A DNA stretch of 64,000 nt from Candidatus Methylomirabilota bacterium (GTDB taxonomy: Bacteria > Methylomirabilota > Methylomirabilia > Rokubacteriales > CSP1-6). Shown here one piece after another: positions 37,526 to 47,071 of this stretch. The position numbers were made by a program, and so were the translations under genes. Location: the NCBI GenBank assembly GCA_036556905.1, contig DATBIM010000156.1, positions 2,210-66,209 on the forward strand. Direction: 5' to 3'. Within the stretch, counting starts at the first letter, position 1. Each line of letters opens with the position of its first letter. Below the pieces are notes generated by a model, which saw nothing but the letters and a program-made list of their open reading frames with translations, had not been told where the DNA came from and made no database searches.

Positions 37526-38986
37526 ATGGCCGATAGGGACGAGCCTCTCCCCGAGCTCGACGCGCTGGTACGCCGCATCGTCAGCCAGGTGCGCTGGCGT
37601 CGGGCCGAGCACTTCGCGCTGCGCGGCGTGTTCTGGGGCGCCGTCGCTGGGGTCATCGTCCTGCTCCTGAAAGTTGTGGTCGGCGCCTACTGGGCGTCCG
37701 TCCTGGCCGGCGCCTTCGTCGTGGCTGGCCTCCTGGGGGGCGGCTGTTGGGGCCTGGCCCGCCGGGTGGCCCCGCTCGCGGCCGCCCGGCTCGGTGACCG
37801 GGCCTTCGGGCTGGAGGACCGTGTGGCCACCGCCCTGGAGTGGGCGGGCCGGGCCGACCGGACACCGCTGGTGGATTCGCTCATCGCCGACGCTCGCACG
37901 CGGGCGTCCCGGTTGACCCCACGTCAGATCGTGCCACGGGTACTGCCCCGCGAGGTGAAGTGGCTGCCGGCACCGGCGCTGGCGGCCCTCGTCCTGGTGC
38001 TGAGCCCTCCGGTGCCGCTCCCGGCCGGCCGGCTGTTCGACCTGCCGACCGGGGCCGAGGAGGCCGAGTCAACGGACCGATCGGCTGGTGACCTGCTTCA
38101 GGAAGACAAGCGGCCGGCGGCGAAGGATCCCCTCCGCCGCCCCGCTCTGGAGGAGCGCGACTACATGCCGCGGACGGCCGGGGGCGGAGCCCCGACCGCG
38201 GGAGATCTGAGCGCGATCTTCAAGGACACCTCGCTCGGCAACCAGCGGCCCGACTTCAACAGCTTCCTCAAGAAGGGCGACGAGCGCCTCAAGCTGCTCG
38301 AGCAGGTGGACCGCCTGCCCGATCTGCAGTCGGACTTCACGAACAATCAGTACAAGATGGTGTTCCGTAAGTCCAAGGCCCTGCGGGGCGGCCTGCGCCC
38401 GGATCAGATCTCGCCGCAGAAGCTGCGCGAGCTGCTCGAGGAGATGGAGCGCCTGGGCCGCAAGGGCGGCAACTGGAGTTCCGACGTGGGCGAGGGCATG
38501 GAGGCCCTGGAGTACGGCGACCAGGATCGCGCCATGGACGCCATGGAGAAGGCCCTCAACAAGCTCCGGGCCATGGAGGAAGGAAAGCGCTCGGGCCGGG
38601 GGCTTCGCGGTGGTCGCGAGACCGATCGCGACCGGGAGCGTGGCCGGGGCGGATCGAGCGCGGGTGGCGAGGATCCGGATTTCGGTGAGAGCGAAGGGCT
38701 GTTGCCCGGCAAGGGCAAGAGCCCTTCGCCGAAGGGCGAGGCCTCCAAGCGCTTGCGCGCCAACCCTTATGACGTGGGCGTGGAGGGCGAGTCCCGGCCG
38801 GGCCGCAAAGACGGCTATGACACGAACCTCACCGGGCGCGCCGGCCACACACCCTCCCGCCTCACTTACCTGGGGGTCATCGGCCAGTACCGCAAGGCGA
38901 TGGAGGATGCGCTGGTCCGCGAACAGGTGCCCCGTGACTACCACGAGCAGATTCGCGACTACTTCCAGTCCCTCGACGAGCGCTGA
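37526..38986 (+). CDS. hypothetical membrane protein with a long charged low-complexity region (Bat-cluster associated)
   Basis: Two N-terminal TM helices, RDRERGRGG-rich centre, conserved-looking C-terminus. Lies between MoxR and DUF58. Confidence 0.4.
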   Translation: MADRDEPLPELDALVRRIVSQVRWRRAEHFALRGVFWGAVAGVIVLLLKVVVGAYWASVLAGAFVVAGLLGGGCWGLARRVAPLAAARLGDRAFGLEDRVATALEWAGRADRTPLVDSLIADARTRASRLTPRQIVPRVLPREVKWLPAPALAALVLVLSPPVPLPAGRLFDLPTGAEEAESTDRSAGDLLQEDKRPAAKDPLRRPALEERDYMPRTAGGGAPTAGDLSAIFKDTSLGNQRPDFNSFLKKGDERLKLLEQVDRLPDLQSDFTNNQYKMVFRKSKALRGGLRPDQISPQKLRELLEEMERLGRKGGNWSSDVGEGMEALEYGDQDRAMDAMEKALNKLRAMEEGKRSGRGLRGGRETDRDRERGRGGSSAGGEDPDFGESEGLLPGKGKSPSPKGEASKRLRANPYDVGVEGESRPGRKDGYDTNLTGRAGHTPSRLTYLGVIGQYRKAMEDALVREQVPRDYHEQIRDYFQSLDER

Positions 38987-38989
38987 GCG

Positions 38990-39880
38990 GTGCCGGCGGC
39001 CACCCACCACGGCTTTTTCAGCTCGGAGTTCCTGGCCCAGCTCGAGCGCTTGACCCTGGCCTCCCGCCGCACCTTCCGGGGACGGGTGAAGGGCGAGCGG
39101 CGGAGCCCCCGCAGGGGGCAGAGCGTCGAGTTCGCCGACTACCGGCCCTACGGGATCGGAGACGACCTCCGGTACGTCGACTGGAACATCTACGGGCGGC
39201 TGGAGCGTCTGCACGTGAAGCTGTTCGTCGACGAAGAGGATCTCTGCGTGCATCTGCTCGTGGACGGGTCGAGCTCTATGGCCTTCGGCCAGCCGACCAA
39301 GCTGCGCTACGCGGCCCGGGTGGCGGCGGCGCTCGGCTTCGTGGGGCTGGTGAGCCTGGAGCGCGTGGGCATCGGTGTGCTTCGCGAGAAGGTGAGCGAA
39401 GGGTGGGCGCCCACTCGCGGGCGTAACCAGTTCGTGACGCTGGTGGACTTCCTCTCGCGACTCGAGGCCGGGGGGGCCACCAGCCTCAACCGCGGCCTGA
39501 GCGACTACGCCGTGCGCGCCCGCGAGCCGGGGCTGGCCATTCTGATCTCCGACCTGCTAGACCCTGCCGGCTTCGAGAGCGGGGTCCGGGCGCTGCTCGA
39601 GCGCCGGTTCGAGGTGCACGTGATCCACGTGCTGGCCGCGGAGGAGCTGCACCCCACCCTGGCCGGAGACCTCCGCCTGCACGACAGCGAGACCGACGCG
39701 ACGCTCGAGATCACCATCGACGGCGAGGCGCTGAGTGGTTATCGGCAGCGGCTCGGGCAGTTCCTGCAGCGGGTGGAGGAGTTCTGCCGTTCTCAGGAGA
39801 TCGGCTACCGGCGGGTGAGCACCGAGATCCCGGTGGAGGAGTTCGTCCTGTCCCACCTGCGGGGTCTGGTGCTGGGGTGA
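38990..39880 (+). CDS. DUF58 domain protein (MoxR-associated, VWA-like)
   Basis: …EFADYRPYGIGDDLRYVDWNIYGR… DUF58 signature. Confidence 0.75.
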   Translation: MPAATHHGFFSSEFLAQLERLTLASRRTFRGRVKGERRSPRRGQSVEFADYRPYGIGDDLRYVDWNIYGRLERLHVKLFVDEEDLCVHLLVDGSSSMAFGQPTKLRYAARVAAALGFVGLVSLERVGIGVLREKVSEGWAPTRGRNQFVTLVDFLSRLEAGGATSLNRGLSDYAVRAREPGLAILISDLLDPAGFESGVRALLERRFEVHVIHVLAAEELHPTLAGDLRLHDSETDATLEITIDGEALSGYRQRLGQFLQRVEEFCRSQEIGYRRVSTEIPVEEFVLSHLRGLVLG

Positions 39881-39890
39881 GGGAGGACCG

Positions 39891-42800
39891 GTGAGCTTCC
39901 TGACCCCTCTGGCCTTTGCCCTGCTCGGGCTGACCCTGCCCCTGGTATTGCTCTACTTCCTCAAGGTGCGACGGCGTCAACAACGGGTACCCAGCCTCCT
40001 CTTCTGGGAGGCGACGCTGCACGACCGTCAGGCCTCGGCATTCTTCCAGCGGTTGCAGCGCGATCCCCTCCTCATCCTCCAGATCCTGGCCCTGCTGGCG
40101 CTGACGCTGGCCCTGGCCCGGCCGGCCCTCACGGTGACCGGTGACGGTGCTCGCAAGGTGGCGGTGGTTCTGGACGGTTCCGCCTCGATGAAAACGCGCG
40201 ATGGCGGTGGGTCCCGGTTCGCCGCGGCCAGATCCGAAGCGGCGGCCATGGTGAGTCGGCTGGGTGAGGGGGCCGAGGTGCTGGTGGTGGAGACCGGCGC
40301 GCACCCCCGCGTACTGGCGCCGCTCTCGCGGGACCGCGATCGGGCTCTGGCCGCCATCCGTTCGGCACAGGCGCGCGACCTTCCCAATCGCCTGCCCGAG
40401 GCGCTGCGGACGGCGCGCGCGCTCGTGGGGGCCGACCCGACGGCCGAGATCTACGTGTACACGGACGGCGCGTTTACGCTGCCGCGGGCGCCGGAGACCA
40501 CCGACGGCCGGCTCCGCTGGATCGCGGTGGGAGGCGGAGGCCGCAACGTCGGCCTCACCAACCTGGCGGTGCGCAAGAGTTACCAGGGGTCCCCGGAGTA
40601 CCAGGCCTTCGCCTCCCTGGTGAACTATTCGTCGGACACCCAGACCTTCACGCTCAGGCTGGAGCTCGACGGCACGCTCATCGCCGAGAAGTCCTTGAGC
40701 CTGGAGCCCAACATCCGCCGTTCGGTGGTCCTGCCCTTCAGCCACACGGGCGGGGGCACCCTGAAGGCCGGCATCGACGTGCGCGACGACCTGGCTTCGG
40801 ACAACGTCGCCTACGCCGTGCTGCCGCCGCCCCGCAAGATCCAGGTCTTGCTGGTGAGTCGCGGCAATCTGTTCCTGGAAAAAGTCCTCCGCACCGATCC
40901 TCAGGTCGCGCTGGAGGTCCGCACGCCCGATCTGTACCAGGGCGGTATGGCCGAGGCCGACATCGTGATGCTGGATTCGACCGCGCCCGCCCGGGTGGGG
41001 CCGGGGCGGTTCTTCTTCGTCAACGTGGTGCCGCCCGACGTGCCGCTGGAGGCGTTGGGCCGTATTGAGCGGCCGACCATCATGGACTGGGACCGGGCCC
41101 ATCCGATCATGCGGCACGTCGAGCTGGCCAAGGTGGTCATCGAGGACGCGCTGCGCATCCGGCCTCTGGCTCCGGGGCGGCCGCTGGTGGAGGCGATCGG
41201 TGGTCCGCTCGTCTACGCCCTCGAGGAGGCGGAGCGCAAGGCCGTCTTCATCGGCTTCGACCTGTTCAAGACCGACTTCCCGCTGCGGGTGGCCTTCCCG
41301 CTGATCCTGTCCAACAGCCTGCGCTGGCTCCACCCGGCGGCCCTGGACCAGTCCAGCCTGCAGCTGGCTTCCGGGCAGCCGATCCTGCTGCCGGTCGAGC
41401 ACGGCGTGAGCTCGGTCACCGTCACCACGCCAGGCGGGCGCAGCACGAAGGCGCAGATCACCCGGGGCGTGGTGAGCTACGCCGAGACCGACGAGGTGGG
41501 GATCTATCGCTTCACGACCTCGCGGGGTGAGATGCGAGTGGCCGTCAACCTCGCTGACGCCGAAGAGTCCCACGTGCAGCCCCGGCCGCTGCCGGCGTCC
41601 GCGGGCCCGCCCCCGGAGGCCACGGTGCCGGTACCGGTGCAGCGGGAGCTGTGGCAGCTGTTCGTCCTGCTGGCGGTGATCCTGCTCGCCCTGGAAGGCG
41701 TGCTCTACTGGCGGCGTCAGAGCGGGCACTGGCCGATGCTGCCCCGGGTTTCCGGTGATCGCTGGGCGCTGGGGCTCCGAGCCGCCCTGCTCGTCGTGCT
41801 GTGCTCCACGCTGTTGAAGCCCACGCTGCCGCGGCTCGTCGACCGCCAGAACGTCATCTTCCTTTTCGATCACTCGGACAGCGTGAGCCTGGCCGCGCGA
41901 GAGCGCGCCTGGCGGTTCGCCGCGGAATCGATGAAGTCCATGCGTCCCGGTGATCGTGCCGGTGCGGTGGTGTTCGGCGAGGACGCAGTGGTCGATCAGC
42001 CGCTGGCCTCGCGGCCCACCCTGGAGCGTCCCCGGAGCCCGGTGGCCCCCCGCGGGACCAACCTGTTCCAGGCGGTCCAGCTGGCCCTGGCCACGCTGCC
42101 TCCCGGACACGCCAACCGCATCGTCATGCTGACCGACGGTCGCCAGACGAGCGGCAACGCGCTGGCGGCGGCCCAGGCGGCCAAGGACGCCGGCGCTGAC
42201 ATCTACTACGTGCCGGCGCCGCTCACCTTCGAGCAGGAGGTGGTGGCCGAATCCCTCGTGCTTCCACAGGAGGTGAAGTTCGGCGAGCCGTTCCAGGCCA
42301 AAGTGGTGGCGTGGAGCCTCAAGGACACCCAGGGGCGGCTCTCGCTCTTCCGCAACGGAGAGTTCCTGGGCTCCCAGGTAATCCGGCTCAACACGGGCAA
42401 GAACGTGTTCAGCTACCGCCAGTCGCTGGACTCCAGCGGGATCCACGTCTACCAGGCGGCCATCGAGGTCGACGGGGACACGATCGAAGACAACAACCGG
42501 GCGGTCGGTACGGTGGTCGTGCGAGGTCGGCCGCAGGTGCTGCTGGCCGAGAAGGACCGGAGCCACGCCCAGTCTCTGGTGGCCGCCCTGCGCTCGCAGA
42601 ACATCGAGGTGACCGTCGTCGAGGCCAACGGGATCCCCAAAGACGTGGCCGGCCTGCAGAAGTACGACGGTCTCATCCTCTCCAACATCTCGTCGCTCAA
42701 GCTCACCCGGGTCCAGATGGCGAACATTCGGGACTACGTCCGCGACTACGGGGGCGGCTTGATCATGGTGGGCGGTGAGGAGAGCTTCGGCCTCGGCGGC

Positions 42801-44300
42801 TACTACCGTACGCCGGTCGAGGAGGCGCTGCCCGTCACCATGGAGGTCAAGCAGAAGGTCGAGATCCCCAGCCTGGCCGTCGTCCTCTCGATCGACCGAT
42901 CGGGCTCGATGGCCATGTCGACCGGCGACGAGAAGGTCACCAAGCTGGACGTGGCCAAGGAAGCGGCCCACCTCGTCGTCGATCTCCTCGACGAACGCAA
43001 CGAGGTCGGGGTGCAAAGCTGGGACACCGAGTTCATCTGGGATGCCGCAATCCGGCCCGCTCGCGATCGGTCCGCCGTCCACCATGCCATCGCCACGATC
43101 AAGGCGGGTGGGGGAACGGACGGCTATCCGGCGCTCAAGGATACCTACTCGGTGCTCTTCGAGCGCCCGGCGCTCCTCAAGCACGTCATCTTCCTGTCCG
43201 ACGGCCAGATGACGCGTGGTGACTTCACGGGCCTGCTCCGCCGCATGGCCAAGGACAAGATCACGGTGTCGACGGTGGCCATCGGCAAGGACGCCGATCT
43301 GCAGCTCATGGTCGACATCGCCAAGTGGGGGCGAGGTCGCTTCTACTACACCGAGGACTCCCAGACCATCCCCAGGATCTTCACCCTGGAAACCCAGCTG
43401 GCCTCCAAGGCCTCGCTGATCGAGCAGCCCTTCCGGCCCCAGCTCACGGCACCTGGCCACGAGGCGATGCAGGACATCGAATGGCGCACGGCCCCGCCGC
43501 TGGGAGGCTATGTGGCCACGACGGTCAAAGGGACCGCCGAGCTCGTGCTCATGAGCCATCAGGAAGATCCGGTCCTGGCCACGTGGCGTTACGGGCTCGG
43601 GCGAACGGCGGCGTTCACCTCCGACGCCAAAGCCAAGTGGGGCGTCCTCTGGCTGCGCTGGCAGAATTTCAACAAGTTCTGGGCGCAGCTCACTCGCTGG
43701 ACCCTGCGCAGCTCGACGCGCTCGGATACGGTGGTTCTGGTGGAACGTCGCGATGGCATGGGGGAGGTCGTCGTCGATGCCGTGGACGTCAAAGGGGAGT
43801 TCATCAACTTCCTGGACTCCCAGGTCGGGGTGGTGGCGCCCAACCGGGAACGATCGGTCATCGATCTCGAGCAGGTGGCGCCGGGACGGTACCGGGGTCG
43901 CTTCCCGGCCTCCCAGGAGGGCGTCTACCTGATCGGCACGGCGCAGCGTCGGAACGAGCGGGTGATCGGCTCTCAATTGGCAGGACTAGTGATACCGTAT
44001 GCTCAGGAGTTCCGGGACCTCGGGGTGGATGAGACAGCGCTGCGGGAGCTGGCCGAGCTGTCCAACGGTGGCCCGCTGACTCAGCCCGGGGAGATATTCC
44101 TGAAGGCGCGCCGCGAGTCCCGGATCCCCGTGGACATGTGGCCCTGGCTTGTTGGCGCTGTGGCGGTCCTTTTGATTCCAGAGATTGCGCTCCGGCGGCT
44201 CGGCCCCGGGGCCCTGCGGTGGGGCCGGGCGCTCTTGTCCCGGCGCCCCGCAGGTGAGGGCGATGCACGGCCGGCGCGAGGAGGACATGATGGTGCGTGA
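39891..44300 (+). CDS. BatA-like aerotolerance/VWA giant fusion protein (1469 aa)
   Basis: N-terminal MSFLTPLAFALLGLTLPLVLLYFLK (BatA N-terminal domain). Three VWA-like segments (VAVVLDGSASM, VIFLFDHSDSVSL, AVVLSIDRSGSMA). Mid-protein TM helices and a GATase1-like segment. Confidence 0.7.
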   Translation: MSFLTPLAFALLGLTLPLVLLYFLKVRRRQQRVPSLLFWEATLHDRQASAFFQRLQRDPLLILQILALLALTLALARPALTVTGDGARKVAVVLDGSASMKTRDGGGSRFAAARSEAAAMVSRLGEGAEVLVVETGAHPRVLAPLSRDRDRALAAIRSAQARDLPNRLPEALRTARALVGADPTAEIYVYTDGAFTLPRAPETTDGRLRWIAVGGGGRNVGLTNLAVRKSYQGSPEYQAFASLVNYSSDTQTFTLRLELDGTLIAEKSLSLEPNIRRSVVLPFSHTGGGTLKAGIDVRDDLASDNVAYAVLPPPRKIQVLLVSRGNLFLEKVLRTDPQVALEVRTPDLYQGGMAEADIVMLDSTAPARVGPGRFFFVNVVPPDVPLEALGRIERPTIMDWDRAHPIMRHVELAKVVIEDALRIRPLAPGRPLVEAIGGPLVYALEEAERKAVFIGFDLFKTDFPLRVAFPLILSNSLRWLHPAALDQSSLQLASGQPILLPVEHGVSSVTVTTPGGRSTKAQITRGVVSYAETDEVGIYRFTTSRGEMRVAVNLADAEESHVQPRPLPASAGPPPEATVPVPVQRELWQLFVLLAVILLALEGVLYWRRQSGHWPMLPRVSGDRWALGLRAALLVVLCSTLLKPTLPRLVDRQNVIFLFDHSDSVSLAARERAWRFAAESMKSMRPGDRAGAVVFGEDAVVDQPLASRPTLERPRSPVAPRGTNLFQAVQLALATLPPGHANRIVMLTDGRQTSGNALAAAQAAKDAGADIYYVPAPLTFEQEVVAESLVLPQEVKFGEPFQAKVVAWSLKDTQGRLSLFRNGEFLGSQVIRLNTGKNVFSYRQSLDSSGIHVYQAAIEVDGDTIEDNNRAVGTVVVRGRPQVLLAEKDRSHAQSLVAALRSQNIEVTVVEANGIPKDVAGLQKYDGLILSNISSLKLTRVQMANIRDYVRDYGGGLIMVGGEESFGLGGYYRTPVEEALPVTMEVKQKVEIPSLAVVLSIDRSGSMAMSTGDEKVTKLDVAKEAAHLVVDLLDERNEVGVQSWDTEFIWDAAIRPARDRSAVHHAIATIKAGGGTDGYPALKDTYSVLFERPALLKHVIFLSDGQMTRGDFTGLLRRMAKDKITVSTVAIGKDADLQLMVDIAKWGRGRFYYTEDSQTIPRIFTLETQLASKASLIEQPFRPQLTAPGHEAMQDIEWRTAPPLGGYVATTVKGTAELVLMSHQEDPVLATWRYGLGRTAAFTSDAKAKWGVLWLRWQNFNKFWAQLTRWTLRSSTRSDTVVLVERRDGMGEVVVDAVDVKGEFINFLDSQVGVVAPNRERSVIDLEQVAPGRYRGRFPASQEGVYLIGTAQRRNERVIGSQLAGLVIPYAQEFRDLGVDETALRELAELSNGGPLTQPGEIFLKARRESRIPVDMWPWLVGAVAVLLIPEIALRRLGPGALRWGRALLSRRPAGEGDARPARGGHDGA

Positions 44301-45645
44301 CCTCCGACGAGGATTGACTCTGTCGCTGACCATCCTGGTCGCGGTCCTGGGGCCGCCGGGCCTGGCCGGTGCCGCCCCTGCCGCTAAACCCCAGGTGGTG
44401 CTGGTCATGCCGTTCGACGCCAGCGGGACCGGGGCCGATTGGGCGTGGGTGGGCCAGGCAGTGGCCGAGGTGCTGACCCTGGGCTTGAGCCAGCATCCGG
44501 CGTTCGTCCAGATCGACCCGGCTCGGCTTCGGGCCTTCGGACAGCCGGAGGCCTGGGGCGAGAGCGCCGTTGTCCAGGCCGCCCGCTCGTTACGCGCCGA
44601 CACGGCGCTGTTCGGAACGGTAACCCGCGCCGGCTCCGACTTCACCATTCGGGCCCGGCTGCTCGAGGTCAAGGGCACGGGAGCCGATGTCATCGGGCTC
44701 GAGCCGCTGACGTTCCCCGGGGACGAGCTGCTGGCTCAGCTGCCCGGCCTGGTCAGCACCTACGCGCGGACGATGAAAGTCCCGCTGACCGACGCGGAAA
44801 CCGCCCGCATCGAGAAGGCGGCGCGGCCGACCAACACGCTGAGGGCCTTCGAGCTCTACGCGCGCAGTCAGCAGGCGGCCTACCGCGGCGGCCAGGAGGG
44901 CAACGAGAGCGCGGCTGACCTGCTGGCCCGGGCCATCGAGGCCGACCCGAGCTTTGTGGTCGCTCAATACTCCCTAGGCCGGGTGCATCAGGCGCTGGGC
45001 AACCGCTGGAAGGCGGCGGCGCAGTATCGGGCCGCCACTCAGCTCGATCCCCTCTACCCCGAGCCCTACAAGGCCCTGGGCGACTTGCTGCTGTTGGCGC
45101 CGCGCCGGCTCTTTGACCAAGCCGTGGAAGCCTACCAGAAGGCCATCGAGCGACGCCCGTTCTACGCCGACGCCCACGTGGGACTGGGTGACGCTCTGGC
45201 CGCCAAGGGAGATGTGGACGGGGCCATCAACGCCTACCAGCGGGCCCTGACCTTCCACACCGCCAACCCGCGGGTCCATGTGAGCCTCGGCAAGATTTAT
45301 TACAGCGAGAAGGGGCTCTATTACGAGTCCGTGAATGCTTACAAACGCGCGATCGATCTGGACGCGCGGTCGATCGAGGCCCGGATGGGCCTGGGCGAAG
45401 TCTACGAGGAAAAGGGTCTGTACAAGGAAGCGATCGACGAGTACCGGCGGGTGATCGAGACCGAGCCGTTGCACGCGGAGGCCCTCTACAATCTGGCCCT
45501 GGTCTACGAGAAGGTGGACCCGCGTGAGGCGATCACCCACTGGGAGCGCTACATCGCGCTGGCCTCGCAGATTCCCGCGCAGAAGGATTGGGTCGACGTC
45601 GCCCGCCAGCACCTGCGCAAGCTGCGGAACCAGGTCAAGGACTAG
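44287..45645 (+). CDS. TPR-repeat protein with signal peptide (BatC-like)
   Basis: N-terminal signal peptide and multiple 34-aa TPR repeats (…AYQKAIE…P.YA.AH..LG…). ATG overlaps the upstream stop. Confidence 0.7.
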   Translation: MMVRDLRRGLTLSLTILVAVLGPPGLAGAAPAAKPQVVLVMPFDASGTGADWAWVGQAVAEVLTLGLSQHPAFVQIDPARLRAFGQPEAWGESAVVQAARSLRADTALFGTVTRAGSDFTIRARLLEVKGTGADVIGLEPLTFPGDELLAQLPGLVSTYARTMKVPLTDAETARIEKAARPTNTLRAFELYARSQQAAYRGGQEGNESAADLLARAIEADPSFVVAQYSLGRVHQALGNRWKAAAQYRAATQLDPLYPEPYKALGDLLLLAPRRLFDQAVEAYQKAIERRPFYADAHVGLGDALAAKGDVDGAINAYQRALTFHTANPRVHVSLGKIYYSEKGLYYESVNAYKRAIDLDARSIEARMGLGEVYEEKGLYKEAIDEYRRVIETEPLHAEALYNLALVYEKVDPREAITHWERYIALASQIPAQKDWVDVARQHLRKLRNQVKD

Positions 45646-45874
45646 CCAGGAGCTCCTGCAGTCGGGCCTTGTCGAACCCGACGACGACCTGACCGTCCAC
45701 CACGATCACCGGGATGGACATGCGTCCGGTGAGCCGGATGAGCTCCTCTCGGGCTTCAGCGCTCTCGACCACGTTGACATCCTGGTAGGCGACGTTCTGA
45801 GACGAAAGAAACTCTTTCGCCGCGCGGCATGGGCCTCAGGTGGGACTCGAATACACGACGACGACGCGCGCCAT
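45635..45874 (-). CDS. glutaredoxin-like (NrdH/YruB-type) selenoprotein, active site U-G-P-C (UGA at 45836-45838)
   Basis: Minus-strand ATG 45874: MARVVVVYSSPT-U-GPCRAAKEFL…IPVIVVDGQVVVGFDKARLQELL. The frame is continuous through the UGA. Classic small Grx fold with Sec in place of the first Cys. Confidence 0.6.
45803..45819 (-). promoter_or_regulatory. candidate SECIS hairpin for the Grx-like UGA
   Basis: mRNA CGAAAGA-GUU-UCUUUCG, about 16 nt after the UGA. Confidence 0.4.
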
Positions 45875-45910
45875 GGCCTCCTCCGATTTGTGTCGTCCTG
45901 CCGGCCGGCC

Positions 45911-45925
45911 CCCGTATGATCCTAT
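45911..45925. promoter_or_regulatory. palindrome ATCCTA-TCT-TAGGAT in a divergent promoter region
   Basis: Perfect 6-3-6 inverted repeat between the divergently transcribed Grx-like selenoprotein and galT-like genes. Confidence 0.35.
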
Positions 45926-45986
45926 CTTAGGATGCGCGGGCCGGGTGAGCCGGTTCTCGGCCCCGACCGGGTGAGCGGGAGGCCAT

Positions 45987-46970
45987 GTGGACGAGCTGAG
46001 GAAGGATCCGACACGGGGCCGCTGGGTCCTGGTCCGGCCCAAGCCGAGACCAGAGTCGGACGGCGAGTGTCCGTACTGTCCGGGGACGGAAAACCTGACC
46101 ACGGAGATCGCCGCCTACCGTGAGAACGGCTCGCCACCGGGGGGACCGGGCTGGACCGTGAGGGTGGTGCCGGCCGGCGACCCATACTTCCGCATCGAGC
46201 GGGAATTGATTCGAGAGGGCGTCGGCATGTTCGACATGATCACGCCTCGGGGTGCGGGCGAGCTCATCCTGGACTCCCCCCGCCACGACGCCACGCTGGC
46301 CACCATGGAGCCGACCCAGATCGAGGCGGTCCTCTGGATGTATCGAGATCGGATCCTCGATCTCAAGCGGGACAGCCAGATCCGCGACATCCTGGTTCTG
46401 CGCCACCACAAGAAGCCGGGTGTCCCTCCTCACCATCCCTACTCCCGGGTGACCGCGATTCCCATCGTCTTCGACGAGACCCGGCGCGAGCTGCGAGAGG
46501 CGCGCGAATACTATCAGTACAAGCGGCGTTGCCTGTACTGCGACATGGTACGTCAGGAGATCGCCGCCGAGGAGCGCGTGATCAAGTTGACGCCTGCCTT
46601 CGTGGCCCTGGTGCCGTACGCCGCCCGGGCTCCGCTGGAGACCTGGATCCTTCCGCGCCAGCACGGCTGCACCTACGAGGAGGCCATGACCCCGCAAACG
46701 GTGGGCGATCTGGCCCGCCTGCTCTCCCAGTATTTCCGCACGCTGGCCAAGGGCTTTGCGGACCCTGGGTACGAGATGGTTCTGCACAACGCCCCGAATC
46801 TGAAGTCCCGTATCCTCCAGGGGGATTGGGCTACCATCCGGGACGACTACCACTGGCATATCGAGGTGGTGGGCAACCCGGAGCGGACCAATCGGGTGGG
46901 CGGGATCTTCGTGAACGAGAAACCCCCGGAGACGACCGCCGCCGAGCTGCGCCAGGTCTGGGAAGGCTAG
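45987..46970 (+). CDS. galactose-1-phosphate uridylyltransferase-like (GalT/HIT-superfamily nucleotidyltransferase)
   Basis: N-terminal CPYCPG zinc motif and GalT-like two-half-site layout. GTG start. Confidence 0.55.
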   Translation: MDELRKDPTRGRWVLVRPKPRPESDGECPYCPGTENLTTEIAAYRENGSPPGGPGWTVRVVPAGDPYFRIERELIREGVGMFDMITPRGAGELILDSPRHDATLATMEPTQIEAVLWMYRDRILDLKRDSQIRDILVLRHHKKPGVPPHHPYSRVTAIPIVFDETRRELREAREYYQYKRRCLYCDMVRQEIAAEERVIKLTPAFVALVPYAARAPLETWILPRQHGCTYEEAMTPQTVGDLARLLSQYFRTLAKGFADPGYEMVLHNAPNLKSRILQGDWATIRDDYHWHIEVVGNPERTNRVGGIFVNEKPPETTAAELRQVWEG

Positions 46971-46987
46971 TCCCGACGAGCTTTTGC

Positions 46988-46993
46988 TTGACA
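46988..46993 (+). promoter_or_regulatory. -35-like TTGACA upstream of iscR
   Basis: TTGACA, then 17 nt, then CAGACT (weak -10), about 80 nt before the iscR ATG. Confidence 0.25.
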
Positions 46994-47071
46994 CCAGTCC
47001 CGACCGGTGGCAGACTCCGACAGAAATAGTCGCCGATCAAATGAGTCGGTGTTACAGGGGGCGGCGCCGGA

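Noticed and set aside
39711-43976. 1421-aa minus-strand ORF antisense to the BatA-like giant gene
   Set aside because: The same GC-driven artefact; the plus-strand frame carries the recognisable BatA/VWA domains.
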